Positions 27,203-37,348 of a stretch of 64,000 nt of DNA are shown here, piece after piece (position 1 is the stretch's first letter; the number at the start of each line of letters is the position of its first letter). Origin of the DNA: an uncultured Planctomycetia bacterium (GTDB lineage: Bacteria > Omnitrophota > Gorgyraeia > Tantalellales > Tantalellaceae); assembly GCA_964527555.1 (NCBI GenBank), contig CAZGOG010000004.1:10593-74592 (forward strand), in the 5' to 3' direction. A model generated the notes under the pieces. That model searched no databases and was not told the DNA's origin. It saw only the letters and a list, made by a program, of their open reading frames with translations. A program made the position numbers and the translations under genes.

Positions 27203-28129
27203 ATGACGCATAAGCTAATAATATTAGTTTTATTTCTATCACCCCTTTTTACTGTCTCTTTAGGTGCAGACGAAGATACGGATCTTAAGGAATATATCGA
27301 GGACAAACTGGTAATAGCCAGATCCTATTACCAGCAGGGTTTTGCCGCTGGCCGGGATCCGGTATATTTTGACCGCGCAATAGAGGAATATACGAATATA
27401 CTGAAAACAGATCCCTGGAACAAAGAGGCAATAGTCGGCATGGCGGACATATATACCTCGAGAAAGAATTATGACGAGGCTGAAAGATTATACAGGCAAT
27501 CGATCAAATTAGACCCCTGGAACGTGGATTATCATCTAAAGCTGGGATTTCACTATATCGCCAGAGATTTAAGAGAAGAGGCGCTCGAAGAGGCGAACTG
27601 GGTGATCGAGTATGACCCGGAAAACGTAAGAGCACGCCTCTTAAGAGGTATTGTATATGAAAAAACGAGAGATCCGGCGGACGCGATAGACGAGTATCTC
27701 TATGCGATCAGGCATTTCGAGGCCGAAGGCAAAATTGCCTTTGAGATAGACGCGCGTTTAAGACTCGGCGCTCTGTACCTAAAAGAAAAGCTGATATTTG
27801 ATGGAGTAGAGCAGTATGAAGAAGTGGTTAAGATCGAACCAAGGTTTATAAGAGGGTATCTGGAGCTGGCGAATGTTTATTATCGCCTGGGCCGTATAGA
27901 TAAAGCGATTTCCACGCTTAAATTGCTGCTCAGGCATGGGGAGAGAGTTCCACAAGCGCATGTGATGCTCGCGCTTATATATTTCTATAGCGGCGATTAT
28001 GATGCCTCTTTTGCTTATTTTAAGAAGGCGGAGGCTTTTGGGGTCAGCTTTGGGGGCGAGCTTCTGGAGACGTTTAATAAGGTTAAAAGGGCCAAGGAAG
28101 AAAGCGTTAGAGCCGGGGAGCAAGAATAA
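27203..28129 (+). CDS. secreted TPR-repeat protein
   Basis: A signal peptide followed by multiple 34-aa TPR-like repeats (W-LG-Y-A-Y-A-P patterns). Confidence 0.65.
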   Translation: MTHKLIILVLFLSPLFTVSLGADEDTDLKEYIEDKLVIARSYYQQGFAAGRDPVYFDRAIEEYTNILKTDPWNKEAIVGMADIYTSRKNYDEAERLYRQSIKLDPWNVDYHLKLGFHYIARDLREEALEEANWVIEYDPENVRARLLRGIVYEKTRDPADAIDEYLYAIRHFEAEGKIAFEIDARLRLGALYLKEKLIFDGVEQYEEVVKIEPRFIRGYLELANVYYRLGRIDKAISTLKLLLRHGERVPQAHVMLALIYFYSGDYDASFAYFKKAEAFGVSFGGELLETFNKVKRAKEESVRAGEQE

Positions 28130-28134
28130 AGCCG

Positions 28135-29964
28135 ATGGATAAAATGTCTAAAAAAGGAATCCTATCAATAATCGCGGTTCTAGCCGTAGTCAGTATACTA
28201 TTTTTGTTCATAAGACTCTTCTTCTGGCCCCAGAGCAAAAAACCCAATATTCTTCTTATTACAACCCAGTCGTTAAGACCCAGCCACTTAAGCTGTTACG
28301 GTTACAGGCGTTTTAAGACCGGAGCTATTGATAATCTGGCAGGCGAGGGGCTCGTATTTGAGAATTCTTACTGCGACGTACCCGTCCCTGTTTACGGTTA
28401 TGCCTCAATCCTGAGCGGCAAGACCGGTTCCTCAGCGATATCAAGGCAAGGAGACAGTATCTATCTTAATATTTCAAGTAAGTTCTTAAGTGAGTACCTC
28501 CAGGAAAGCGGCTATGAAACGGTAGCCCTTACCGCTAACCCTGAACTCTCGAAAGCCATGGGTTTTGGAAAAGGATTTAATACGTTCCAGAATATAGGGG
28601 CGTCTCTGCCGAGGGCCGGTTTTCCTTTTGCCAGCAAAAAAGTCACTGAGGAAACCCTGGAAAATCTAAAAAAGTTTAGAAAAGGGAAAAAACCCGTTTT
28701 CCTGTGGGCAGATTACGCTATACCGCGGTTCCCTTACATCGTGCCCAGTTATTTTCTGGAGGCGGAGAATGATTTTGCCTATGATAGACAAGTAGTCTTC
28801 CTGGATAGTGAAATATCAAAGCTGATGGCAGGTGTTAAAAAACTCGGCCTGGACAATAATACCATAGTTATATTCACCGCGACGAACGGGGAAGCTCTTG
28901 GCGAACACGAAGAGCCGACCCACGGTGTGTTCTTGTATGATGCGACCGTAAAAACCCCGCTTATTATAAGATTTCCAAAGGATTTTTTTAAAGGAAATAG
29001 AATAAAAAAAGCTGTTTCTAATATCGACATCACTCCTACTGTTTTAGATATTCTCGGGATAGATAGTACGGAAGGCGGGTTTGACGGGATAAGCCTTCTT
29101 GACAGGCTTGAAGAGAGAAGAAGAGGTTCGGAAGACGTCTATCTTGAGTCCTTGGTCGGTTATTATGAATTCGGATGGAGCCCGCTTGTCGGGATAGTCT
29201 CAGACGGCTATAAATATATCCAGGCGCCTGAGCCTGAGCTTTATGATCTGGCAAAAGACCCTCATGAACTTAAAAATATAGCATCTTTTGATGAAGAAAA
29301 AGCCGAAGAGTTAAAAAATAAACTGTTTAAATACATCACCGAGAAAAGACCCCAGCTTCTTAGTATGGTGGACAGGGGAGAAGACCCCAAAGAGAGGGCA
29401 GGGGTGCTTAAGCCTTATCTACTGGCCATGTATTTCGGCAATGTCAATGTAGAGTGGCTCATAAGTATTTACAGGAATCTCCTGGCCATGGATCCGGATA
29501 ATAAGACGTTCAAGTATGTTCTGGCAAAACTTTTCATGCGCGTTAATAAACCACACCTGGCGGAGTATTATCTGGAAGAGATCACTGCCGCAAGCCCCGA
29601 TTCCAACCAGGCGTGGGAACTTCTGGGGATGGCGTATGCCCAGCAGAAGGAGGGCGACAATGCCGTTGAGTGTTACGAAAAGGCGATTGCCATTATTTAT
29701 GATATGCCGGTCTCTTTGAATAATCTTGCGTGGGCATACGCGCAAAAAGGCGTAAAGCTGGAGGAAGCTCTTAAATACGCACAGCGGGCGAACGAGCTTT
29801 TGCCCAATCAGCCCAAGATGATGGACACGCTTGCAGAAGTTTATTTTAAAATGGGGGATAAAGAGGAAGCCCTTGAAATAATTAGAAAAGCCGCGTCACT
29901 CGATCCACAGTCAGAATATCTTCAGAAAAGGTTAGGAGAAATAGAGGGGTTTATTTCTTCATAA
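28135..29964 (+). CDS. membrane-anchored sulfatase-like (alkaline phosphatase superfamily) enzyme fused to C-terminal TPR domain
   Basis: An N-terminal TM, then a sulfatase N-domain pattern (LLITTQSLRPSHLSCYGY, ...TNGEALGEHEEPTHG), then C-terminal TPR repeats. No canonical C/S-x-P-x-R formylglycine motif is present. Confidence 0.6.
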   Translation: MDKMSKKGILSIIAVLAVVSILFLFIRLFFWPQSKKPNILLITTQSLRPSHLSCYGYRRFKTGAIDNLAGEGLVFENSYCDVPVPVYGYASILSGKTGSSAISRQGDSIYLNISSKFLSEYLQESGYETVALTANPELSKAMGFGKGFNTFQNIGASLPRAGFPFASKKVTEETLENLKKFRKGKKPVFLWADYAIPRFPYIVPSYFLEAENDFAYDRQVVFLDSEISKLMAGVKKLGLDNNTIVIFTATNGEALGEHEEPTHGVFLYDATVKTPLIIRFPKDFFKGNRIKKAVSNIDITPTVLDILGIDSTEGGFDGISLLDRLEERRRGSEDVYLESLVGYYEFGWSPLVGIVSDGYKYIQAPEPELYDLAKDPHELKNIASFDEEKAEELKNKLFKYITEKRPQLLSMVDRGEDPKERAGVLKPYLLAMYFGNVNVEWLISIYRNLLAMDPDNKTFKYVLAKLFMRVNKPHLAEYYLEEITAASPDSNQAWELLGMAYAQQKEGDNAVECYEKAIAIIYDMPVSLNNLAWAYAQKGVKLEEALKYAQRANELLPNQPKMMDTLAEVYFKMGDKEEALEIIRKAASLDPQSEYLQKRLGEIEGFISS

Positions 29965-30170
29965 GGAATCTTGTTACTGCCGCCCCTCGCTAATCCTTAA
30001 CAAAAGCCAGCTGTTGCGCTTTAGGAGAAGGGTGATAGTTGATAACAAATATAAACAAACCTGATTATATCGTATGATATTTATGAATATGTCTTGAGGA
30101 AGAAAAGTTATTATGTTATATTATGCCTTCAGAAGGGGTATTAACCTTATATCTTTTTACATTTAGTATA

Positions 30171-32630
30171 ATGGAAGCATACAATTTCAACGAAATCGAA
30201 AAAAAGTGGCAAAAGAGATGGAGGAAAGAAGGCCTTTTTAAGGTTGACGTAAAAGATTACGCCAACAAGTTTTACTGTCTTATGATGTTCCCGTATCCTT
30301 CAGCCGGACTTCATGTGGGCCATGGACGCAATTATATCATTGGGGATGTAGTGGCCAGATACAAGATGATGAGAGGATTTAATGTCCTTACTCCCATGGG
30401 CTGGGATGCGTTTGGCCTGCCGGCGGAAAACGCCGCTATCAAAAACGGTATTCATCCAAAAAAATCCACTTTAAACAATATAGCTCTTATGAAAAGGCAG
30501 CTTGATTCCTGGGGGGTTGAATACGACTGGGACCGGGAAGTAACCTCATGCCTGCCTGATTATTACAAATGGACGCAGTGGATATTCCTTAAGCTTTATG
30601 AAAAAGGCCTTGTTTACAGAAAAAAAGCCTTTGTTAACTGGTGCCCTTCCTGCAGTACTGTTCTTGCTAATGAGCAGGTTGTTAGCGGCAGCTGCGAAAG
30701 ATGCGATACCCAGGTTGAGCAGAAGGAACTTGAGCAGTGGTTTTTCGGGATCACCTCTTACGCGGAACGACTTTTAAACGACTTGGGTAAGCTGGACGAG
30801 TGGCCCGAGAAGGTAAAGACTATGCAGCGCAACTGGATAGGTCGCTCGGAAGGGGTTAATATAGACTTTCCGATTGCCGGTTCCGATGAAAAGCTTACCT
30901 GCTTCACTACGCGCGTTGATACTATTTATGGATGCACTTATATGGTGCTTGCCCCTGAACATCCAATGGTCGATGAGCTTATAGAGAAGAGTCCGGATAA
31001 AGCTAAAATTAAGAAATTTGTCCAAGGAGTCCGCAGTCAGTCTATGCTGAGCCGCCTCCAGGCCCAGGAGGAGAAAAAAGGTATTTTTACCGGCAAATAC
31101 GTGATAAACCAGGTGAATGGCAGGAAGATCCCGCTTTGGATAGCCGATTATGTGCTTATGGAGTATGGTACTGGCGCCGTAATGGCCGTGCCGGCGCACG
31201 ACCAGAGGGACTTCGAGTTCGCAACAAAATATGATCTGCCTATAGAAATTGTAATAGATAATCCTTCAGAGCACCTTGAAGCAGGTAAATTGACCGAAGC
31301 TTATGAGGATGAAGGTGTTCTAATTTCTTCCGGGCCTTTTGACGGCGTGAAGAACACTCTTGCCATGGGAAAAATAGCCGATTACATGGAAAAAAAAGGT
31401 ATCGGCAAAAGAGCCATCCACTATAAACTGCGGGACTGGCTTATCTCAAGACAGAGGTACTGGGGCGCACCTATCCCCATGGTTTACTGCGGGGTTTGCG
31501 GTGTTGTGCCTGTTCCAGAGGAAGAGCTTCCCGTTCTTCTTCCGGAAGGCGCCCAGTTCAGGCCTACGGGCGAGTCGCCTTTAAAAGATGCGCCGGAATT
31601 CGTAAACGCGAAATGTCCCTCCTGCGGCGGTCAGGCAAGGCGCGAGATCGACACGATGGATACCTTTGTTGACTCCAGCTGGTATTACTTGAGGTATATC
31701 TCCCCAAAAACAGAAGATAAACCGTTCGTGACGGAAGACGTCAACAGGTGGCTTCCGGTAGACCAGTATATAGGCGGCGTGGAACACGCGATACTCCACC
31801 TTCTATATTCAAGGTTTATAACGAAAGTGTTTTTTGACATGGGTCTTGTCGCGTTCGATGAGCCGTTCCAGAGGCTTTTTACTCAAGGGATGATAATTAA
31901 AAATGGCGCCAAAATGTCCAAATCCAAAGGTAATGTCGTAAGCCCTGACGCCCTTATAGAAAAATATGGAGCAGATACGGTTCGCCTCTATACGCTTTTT
32001 ATTGGACCTCCCGAGAAGGACGCCGAGTGGTCCGATAGAGGCGTCGAGGGCGCGTATAGATTTTTAAGGCGGGTATGGAATCTTCTGGATATAGTCAAAG
32101 ATGCTCCTCAGTCCGCGAAGGATAAAGGGAGTGAAGAGGACCTCATCAGAAAGATGCACCAGACTATAAAGAAGGTTACCGAAGACGTTGATGAGGAATT
32201 TCATTTTAATACGGCTATTAGCGCCGTTATGGAGCTGGTTAACCAGGCGTACGCTTCGCTTGGCGAGAAGGGCGAGGTGCCTTACGGGAAGGACTGCGTC
32301 CGTGAAGTACTGGGCAATATAACGCTTCTTTTGGCGCCTTTTGTTCCTCATATAGCCGAAGAGATGAGGGAAAGGATGGGTGAGAAAGGAAGCATTTTCA
32401 GCTGCACCTGGCCGGCTTTTAAGGAAGAGATGCTGGAAGCCGATACTGTTGTCGTCCCCGTGCAGGTGAACGGCAAACTGCGAGGCACTATCGAGATGCC
32501 CCGGGGTCTTGAAGAAGAAAAAGTAAAAAAAATCATCCTCGATGACGAAAAGATAAAAGAGTTCTTAGGCGACAAAGATATCCGCAAATGGATAATCTTG
32601 CCGAATAAACTGGTCAATATAGTCATATAA
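30171..32630 (+). CDS. leuS: leucyl-tRNA synthetase
   Basis: HIGH motif (PYPSAGLHVGHGRNY) and KMSKS motif (KMSKSKGN). The start was set at MEAYNFNEIEKKWQ (30171), matching the LeuS N-terminus. The track ORF begins at 30123. Confidence 0.9.
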   Translation: MEAYNFNEIEKKWQKRWRKEGLFKVDVKDYANKFYCLMMFPYPSAGLHVGHGRNYIIGDVVARYKMMRGFNVLTPMGWDAFGLPAENAAIKNGIHPKKSTLNNIALMKRQLDSWGVEYDWDREVTSCLPDYYKWTQWIFLKLYEKGLVYRKKAFVNWCPSCSTVLANEQVVSGSCERCDTQVEQKELEQWFFGITSYAERLLNDLGKLDEWPEKVKTMQRNWIGRSEGVNIDFPIAGSDEKLTCFTTRVDTIYGCTYMVLAPEHPMVDELIEKSPDKAKIKKFVQGVRSQSMLSRLQAQEEKKGIFTGKYVINQVNGRKIPLWIADYVLMEYGTGAVMAVPAHDQRDFEFATKYDLPIEIVIDNPSEHLEAGKLTEAYEDEGVLISSGPFDGVKNTLAMGKIADYMEKKGIGKRAIHYKLRDWLISRQRYWGAPIPMVYCGVCGVVPVPEEELPVLLPEGAQFRPTGESPLKDAPEFVNAKCPSCGGQARREIDTMDTFVDSSWYYLRYISPKTEDKPFVTEDVNRWLPVDQYIGGVEHAILHLLYSRFITKVFFDMGLVAFDEPFQRLFTQGMIIKNGAKMSKSKGNVVSPDALIEKYGADTVRLYTLFIGPPEKDAEWSDRGVEGAYRFLRRVWNLLDIVKDAPQSAKDKGSEEDLIRKMHQTIKKVTEDVDEEFHFNTAISAVMELVNQAYASLGEKGEVPYGKDCVREVLGNITLLLAPFVPHIAEEMRERMGEKGSIFSCTWPAFKEEMLEADTVVVPVQVNGKLRGTIEMPRGLEEEKVKKIILDDEKIKEFLGDKDIRKWIILPNKLVNIVI

Positions 32631-32662
32631 GTTCTAAAAAATAGAAGAGAAAATATTTATCT

Positions 32663-33418
32663 ATGAAAAAACTGATTTGGGTATTGTTTGCGCTGAGTAT
32701 TTTCTCTTGCGGCGTTGCCTTTTCAGAAGACCTTGCCATAAAGCGCGCGGAAGAATACCAATCAAAGATCCCTGTCTCTTTAGTTAAAAGAATCACACTT
32801 CCGAAAGGGTATCACGAAGGCCTTTTCTTTGACGATAGATTCATCTGGGTAAGTAACGGCGAGGGGAAGAACACCTGGCTTATAGACCCGGCTACCGGCA
32901 GCATAGCCTCAGAGATAACATCCCCCGGAAGTTTTACCGAAGGGATAGTCGCCTCCGGCGACGGCACTTTCTGGGTAACGGATTGGCTTGATAAGAAGCT
33001 GTACAGGACAACTCTCGAGAACGGTAAGATGATCATCAAGCACGCAATAGACCTTGCGCCCGCTCATCCCGCGGGTCTTGTATGGACGGGCAGGAGACTT
33101 TTTGTCGTTACCTGGACAAGGGGGCTGGGGACGAAGTTTCACCTGCTTGAATTTGACGAGAAAGGAAACCTTCTGGGAAAGATCCGTATTAAACGGATAC
33201 ATGAACCGGCTCACCTGGGGTGGGACGGGAAGCACCTTTGGATTACAAGCTGGTATAACCAGTTGGTTTACAAAATAGACACAGACAAGTTTAAGATTTT
33301 AGGGTCCTTCAAGTCTCCTGCGCCGGATACAACCGGGATAACGTGGGACGGCAGATATTTTTGGGTTACCGGTACTCACGCAGACTTGTACCAGCTGGAG
33401 GTGGGCAGATCCGATTAA
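32663..33418 (+). CDS. secreted beta-propeller-like repeat protein (function unknown; Vgb/NHL/glutamine-cyclotransferase-like)
   Basis: A signal peptide, with repeated G..FWVTDW / LFVVTW / LWITSW / FWVTG blade-like motifs. Confidence 0.4.
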   Translation: MKKLIWVLFALSIFSCGVAFSEDLAIKRAEEYQSKIPVSLVKRITLPKGYHEGLFFDDRFIWVSNGEGKNTWLIDPATGSIASEITSPGSFTEGIVASGDGTFWVTDWLDKKLYRTTLENGKMIIKHAIDLAPAHPAGLVWTGRRLFVVTWTRGLGTKFHLLEFDEKGNLLGKIRIKRIHEPAHLGWDGKHLWITSWYNQLVYKIDTDKFKILGSFKSPAPDTTGITWDGRYFWVTGTHADLYQLEVGRSD

Positions 33419-33528
33419 AAACAACTTTTTTATACTTATTTATTTGATATTTAATAAAAATAAAGTTGACAAAAAGTTAAATAAGGTAAATAATAGACTT
33501 GTAATAGAAGAGATTAAAAGGGGAGAAG

Positions 33529-33897
33529 ATGCGGTTTACCATTCAGGAAAAAATAGCGCTTATCATCCTTGCGATATTATTATGCATAGGTTCGGCTGTT
33601 CTTTATTCGAAAGAAGCCCGCCCTTATTGCCGGATTATTATTGAAGAAAACGGCATAAGGGAAGAGTTTACGCTCAAGGAAATAGAGGCGCGTCTTAAAG
33701 AGCGCCGAAAAATCGACATTAATACCGCCGCATGTAAAGAGATCACGGCAATCGACGGTATCGGTGAAGTTCTTGCCGGAAGGATAGTCCGGTATCGGGA
33801 TACTCATGGAGCTTTTTATAGCGAGAAGGACCTCTTAAAAGTAGAAGGTATAGGGCAAAAGAAATTCGAGAAAATCAGAGAGTATGTGAGATTTTAA
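33529..33897 (+). CDS. comEA: ComEA-like helix-hairpin-helix DNA-binding competence protein
   Basis: An N-terminal TM and C-terminal tandem HhH (INTAACKEITAIDGIGEVLAGRIVRYR...KVEGIGQKKFEKI). Confidence 0.75.
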   Translation: MRFTIQEKIALIILAILLCIGSAVLYSKEARPYCRIIIEENGIREEFTLKEIEARLKERRKIDINTAACKEITAIDGIGEVLAGRIVRYRDTHGAFYSEKDLLKVEGIGQKKFEKIREYVRF

Positions 33898-33923
33898 ATA
33901 GTTGTGGAGGGGAAAATAGATTT

Positions 33924-36359
33924 ATGAAACGTCCTTTGCTGGTACCAATAGCTGGTTTTCTTATCGGCATAATTGCCGCCGAATCAAGCGGGAGCTTGGG
34001 CCTTATGGAGGGTATTTGGATTACTATTCTCGGTGCGGCGGCTTTTCTGATTTTTCTTTTTATCAGAAAGAATAAGACTTTTTATTTTTTTCTGTGCCTT
34101 TTGTTTTTTCTTCTTGGCGTTTTCAGATATTCCAGCAGCTTTACACTGGAGGAAAACGGTATATCAAACTTTGTTACGGAAGCGCAAAAAGAGGCCCTCC
34201 TTTTCGGGACTGTAGCAAAAGAACCCGAACGGAAGGGTATCTCATATCTGTCGCGTCTTGTCTTTCCCTTAGAAGTGGAACGCGTTCTCATGGGAGACAG
34301 AGAGGAGCCTACAGGCGGGCTTATCCAGGTGAACCTGTACAAACCTCAAGAGGAGCCTCGCATAGGCGATAGATTGATTATCGGAGGCAAGCTCTCTCTT
34401 GCGGAAGGATCGAATAACCCGGCCGGGTTTGATTACAGGAAATATTTAAGACGTAAAGGTATAAATGCGGTTTTGTCCTCTTCCGGGAAAGATTATTATC
34501 TGAAAGTGGGCGAAAAAAAGGGAGGCGCGCTTCGAATCCGCCGTTTTTTAAGCGTGCTCAGAAATAATTCGGACCAGGCTATCAAAAAATATCTTTCACC
34601 TGGGGCAAGCGCTTTTACCAGAAGCGTTATCCTGGGTTTAAGATCGGATATCAGCGACGAGGTTAACGATACATTTGTCAAGACCGGTACCATGCATATA
34701 CTGGCCGTAAGCGGTCTTCATATAGGGCTGGTAGCTCTTATCATCATGGGAGTGTTACGGTTTGTGCGATGTCCCAGGAGTTTTGGACATTTTTTAGTGA
34801 TCATCGGTATCTTCGCCTTCAGCATCTTTACAGGGAGCCGTCCTTCCTCCATGCGTGCCGCTATCATGGGAGCGTTTCTTCTTATCAGCATGTTACTTGG
34901 CCGCAAAAGCGATATTGTAAGCGCTCTCAGCCTTTCAGCGTTTTTAATAATGTTCTTTTATCCCGCCCAGATTTTTGACGGAGGATTCGTACTTTCATAT
35001 ATGGCGGTTCTTTCCATTATCTATATTGTGCCTCTTACCGATACTTTTTTTGGTTTAAAACCCCCTGTCTTTGGCGAGAGAAAAACCCTTCGCGCTAAAA
35101 AATATCTGGCTAAATCGATTTCGCTATCACTTGCTGTGTGGATAGGGATGATGCCGGTTATTGCTTCATATTTCCGCATAGTAACGCCTTCGGTAGTTCT
35201 TTCGAATCTTCTGGCAGTTCCGGTGCTTTTTATAGTGGTGATACTGGGCTTTTGCCTGATCGTGACCGGATCTGTAGGGTTTCTTGCACCTCTTGCCGGT
35301 TTTATAGCGGACATTTTAGATCTTGTCATACCTTTTTTTATTAAAGCAATGCAGCTGGTTACAAAAATTCCTTTTTCGCATATAAGGGTATCGGCACCAT
35401 CAGTTGGACTGGTAGTCTTTTTTTATGTGGTATTGATCATCTCTTTTCTGTATTTTCATAAAAATAATAAAAAAAGCGTTCTTTTAATATCAGCACTTTT
35501 CGTGTTTAACCTTTTTGTGTGGAATGAGGCAGCCCACAGGCCGCCGGATTCAACGCGTATCACGTTTTTTGATACGGGTAAGGCCGACGCCTCTTTGATG
35601 GAGTTTCCTGACGGGAGCGTTATGCTTATTGACGGCGCCTCGGGCGGCATGGTTAAGGGCATGGATGCGGGTTATTGTATTTTAGCGCCGTACCTTTGGC
35701 AGAAGGGGATAAGGCGTATAGATTGCGTTCTTCTTACTCATGCACATGAGGATCATATAGGGGGGCTCGCATATATACTGAAAAATTTTGATGTAGGAAC
35801 TTTTATTGATGGAGGGGAAGTAGAAGAGGACGGATTTGAGAAGCGGCTTTACAAAGAGATACAGAGGTGCGTTAAAAAAAGAAATATACGTTATGTGAGG
35901 GTAAAAAGAGGAGATGTCATAAAGGGATTTCCGCATATGGACCTTTTTGTACTTAATCCGGACAATAAAAGTGGTTTTAAAGACTTAAATAATAGGTCAG
36001 TTGTCTTAAAGGCTGTTACCAAAGGCGGTAACAGCCTTCTTTTTTGCGCGGATGCCGAAGCAGAAGCCATAAAAGAGATGCTTAAGTTTGGTTCTTTTCT
36101 CCAAGCGGATATTCTGAAAGCTCCCCATCATGGTGCGGGATTGGGGGATATGTATGTAATAGAGGAGTTTTTAAGTCAGGGAAAGTATCCTTTCTGTGTA
36201 GTTACAAATTATGATGCGCTTCATCTGAACAAAGAACTCGTAAAGATATTTGATAGGGAAAAAGCAGATATGTATGTAACAGGAGAGAAGGGCGCGATCA
36301 TTGCCCAAGAGGAGGATGATGGGTTTAAGATTTTTTCTTATAAGAAGACTAAGTCTTAA
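33924..36359 (+). CDS. comEC: DNA internalization-related competence protein ComEC/Rec2
   Basis: 811 aa with a competence polytopic domain. The C-terminal metallo-beta-lactamase motif is LLTHAHEDHIGG. Confidence 0.85.
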   Translation: MKRPLLVPIAGFLIGIIAAESSGSLGLMEGIWITILGAAAFLIFLFIRKNKTFYFFLCLLFFLLGVFRYSSSFTLEENGISNFVTEAQKEALLFGTVAKEPERKGISYLSRLVFPLEVERVLMGDREEPTGGLIQVNLYKPQEEPRIGDRLIIGGKLSLAEGSNNPAGFDYRKYLRRKGINAVLSSSGKDYYLKVGEKKGGALRIRRFLSVLRNNSDQAIKKYLSPGASAFTRSVILGLRSDISDEVNDTFVKTGTMHILAVSGLHIGLVALIIMGVLRFVRCPRSFGHFLVIIGIFAFSIFTGSRPSSMRAAIMGAFLLISMLLGRKSDIVSALSLSAFLIMFFYPAQIFDGGFVLSYMAVLSIIYIVPLTDTFFGLKPPVFGERKTLRAKKYLAKSISLSLAVWIGMMPVIASYFRIVTPSVVLSNLLAVPVLFIVVILGFCLIVTGSVGFLAPLAGFIADILDLVIPFFIKAMQLVTKIPFSHIRVSAPSVGLVVFFYVVLIISFLYFHKNNKKSVLLISALFVFNLFVWNEAAHRPPDSTRITFFDTGKADASLMEFPDGSVMLIDGASGGMVKGMDAGYCILAPYLWQKGIRRIDCVLLTHAHEDHIGGLAYILKNFDVGTFIDGGEVEEDGFEKRLYKEIQRCVKKRNIRYVRVKRGDVIKGFPHMDLFVLNPDNKSGFKDLNNRSVVLKAVTKGGNSLLFCADAEAEAIKEMLKFGSFLQADILKAPHHGAGLGDMYVIEEFLSQGKYPFCVVTNYDALHLNKELVKIFDREKADMYVTGEKGAIIAQEEDDGFKIFSYKKTKS

Positions 36360-36421
36360 TATACAAAAATTGATGGGTGTTTAAGCAGATGTTAGAAACC
36401 AAAAAGTAAGGAGCAAACTCC

Positions 36422-36450
36422 TTGACGCTAAATTGCTTTAATAATATAAT
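36422..36450 (+). promoter_or_regulatory. candidate sigma70 promoter upstream of cysD (TTGACG-17-TATAAT)
   Basis: ttgacg at 36422-36427, a 17-nt spacer, tataat at 36445-36450. Confidence 0.4.
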
Positions 36451-36535
36451 AAAAAGTCACTATTCATGTCAAAAGACAAAGTGTGTATGTTGGTAGCGTT
36501 CATTAATATTATAATCACATAGATCACATATACAT

Positions 36536-37336
36536 ATGACACATCTCGATAAATTAGAAAATCAAAGTATTTATATCATAAGGGAAGCGTACAGTCAGTT
36601 CAGAAAAGTGGCTATGCTCTGGTCAATCGGTAAAGATTCTACCGCTCTTCTTTGGCTGGTAAGAAAAGCATTCCTGGGAAAAATACCTTTCCCAGTGGTC
36701 CATATCGATACTACCCATAAATTTCAGGAAATTTACGATTTTCGCGATAAATACGCGAAAGAATGGGGACTTAACCTCATAACCGCGAAAAATGAGGAAG
36801 CCCTTGAAAAAGGGGTAGGGCCCGAGACGGGGAAGTTCCAGTGCTGTACGGAACTTAAGACAAACGCTTTGAAAAAAGCCATAGATAAATACGGTTTCAA
36901 AGCCTTGTATCTGGCTATTAGAAGGGATGAGCACGGCATCAGGGCGAAAGAAAGGATCTTTTCACCGAGAGATGAGGATTTTGAATGGGATTATAAAGAC
37001 CAGCCCCCGGAATTATGGGACCAGTATAAGTCGAAAGCCAGGGAAGAGGAGCACTTAAGGGTGCATCCTCTTTTGGGCTGGAGGGAAATAGACGTCTGGG
37101 AATATGTGAAGCGCGAGAACCTGCCTATAACGTCTCTATATTTCGCGAAAAGCGGCCAGAGATACAGGAGTATAGGATGCGAATGTTGCTGCAGGCCTAT
37201 AGATTCGGTTGCGGCGACGGTGGAAGAGGTTGTCGAAGAATTAAAGGTCACCAAGATCTCGGAAAGAAGCGGACGCGCCCAGGATAAGGAATCCGCATAC
37301 ATGATGCAGAAACTCAGGTCCCTGGGGTATATGTAA
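36536..37336 (+). CDS. cysD: sulfate adenylyltransferase subunit 2 (PAPS-reductase-like fold)
   Basis: MLWSIGKDSTALLWL is a PP-loop SGGKDS-like motif. The protein is 266 aa. Confidence 0.8.
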   Translation: MTHLDKLENQSIYIIREAYSQFRKVAMLWSIGKDSTALLWLVRKAFLGKIPFPVVHIDTTHKFQEIYDFRDKYAKEWGLNLITAKNEEALEKGVGPETGKFQCCTELKTNALKKAIDKYGFKALYLAIRRDEHGIRAKERIFSPRDEDFEWDYKDQPPELWDQYKSKAREEEHLRVHPLLGWREIDVWEYVKRENLPITSLYFAKSGQRYRSIGCECCCRPIDSVAATVEEVVEELKVTKISERSGRAQDKESAYMMQKLRSLGYM

Positions 37337-37348
37337 AACGGGCAATTT

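Noticed and set aside
30123-30170. 16-codon N-terminal extension of leuS (MPSEGVLTLYLFTFSI) from the ORF-track start
   Set aside because: The conserved LeuS N-terminus begins at MEAYNFNEIEKKWQ (30171). The extension is hydrophobic and has no motif. It is kept as an alternative start only.
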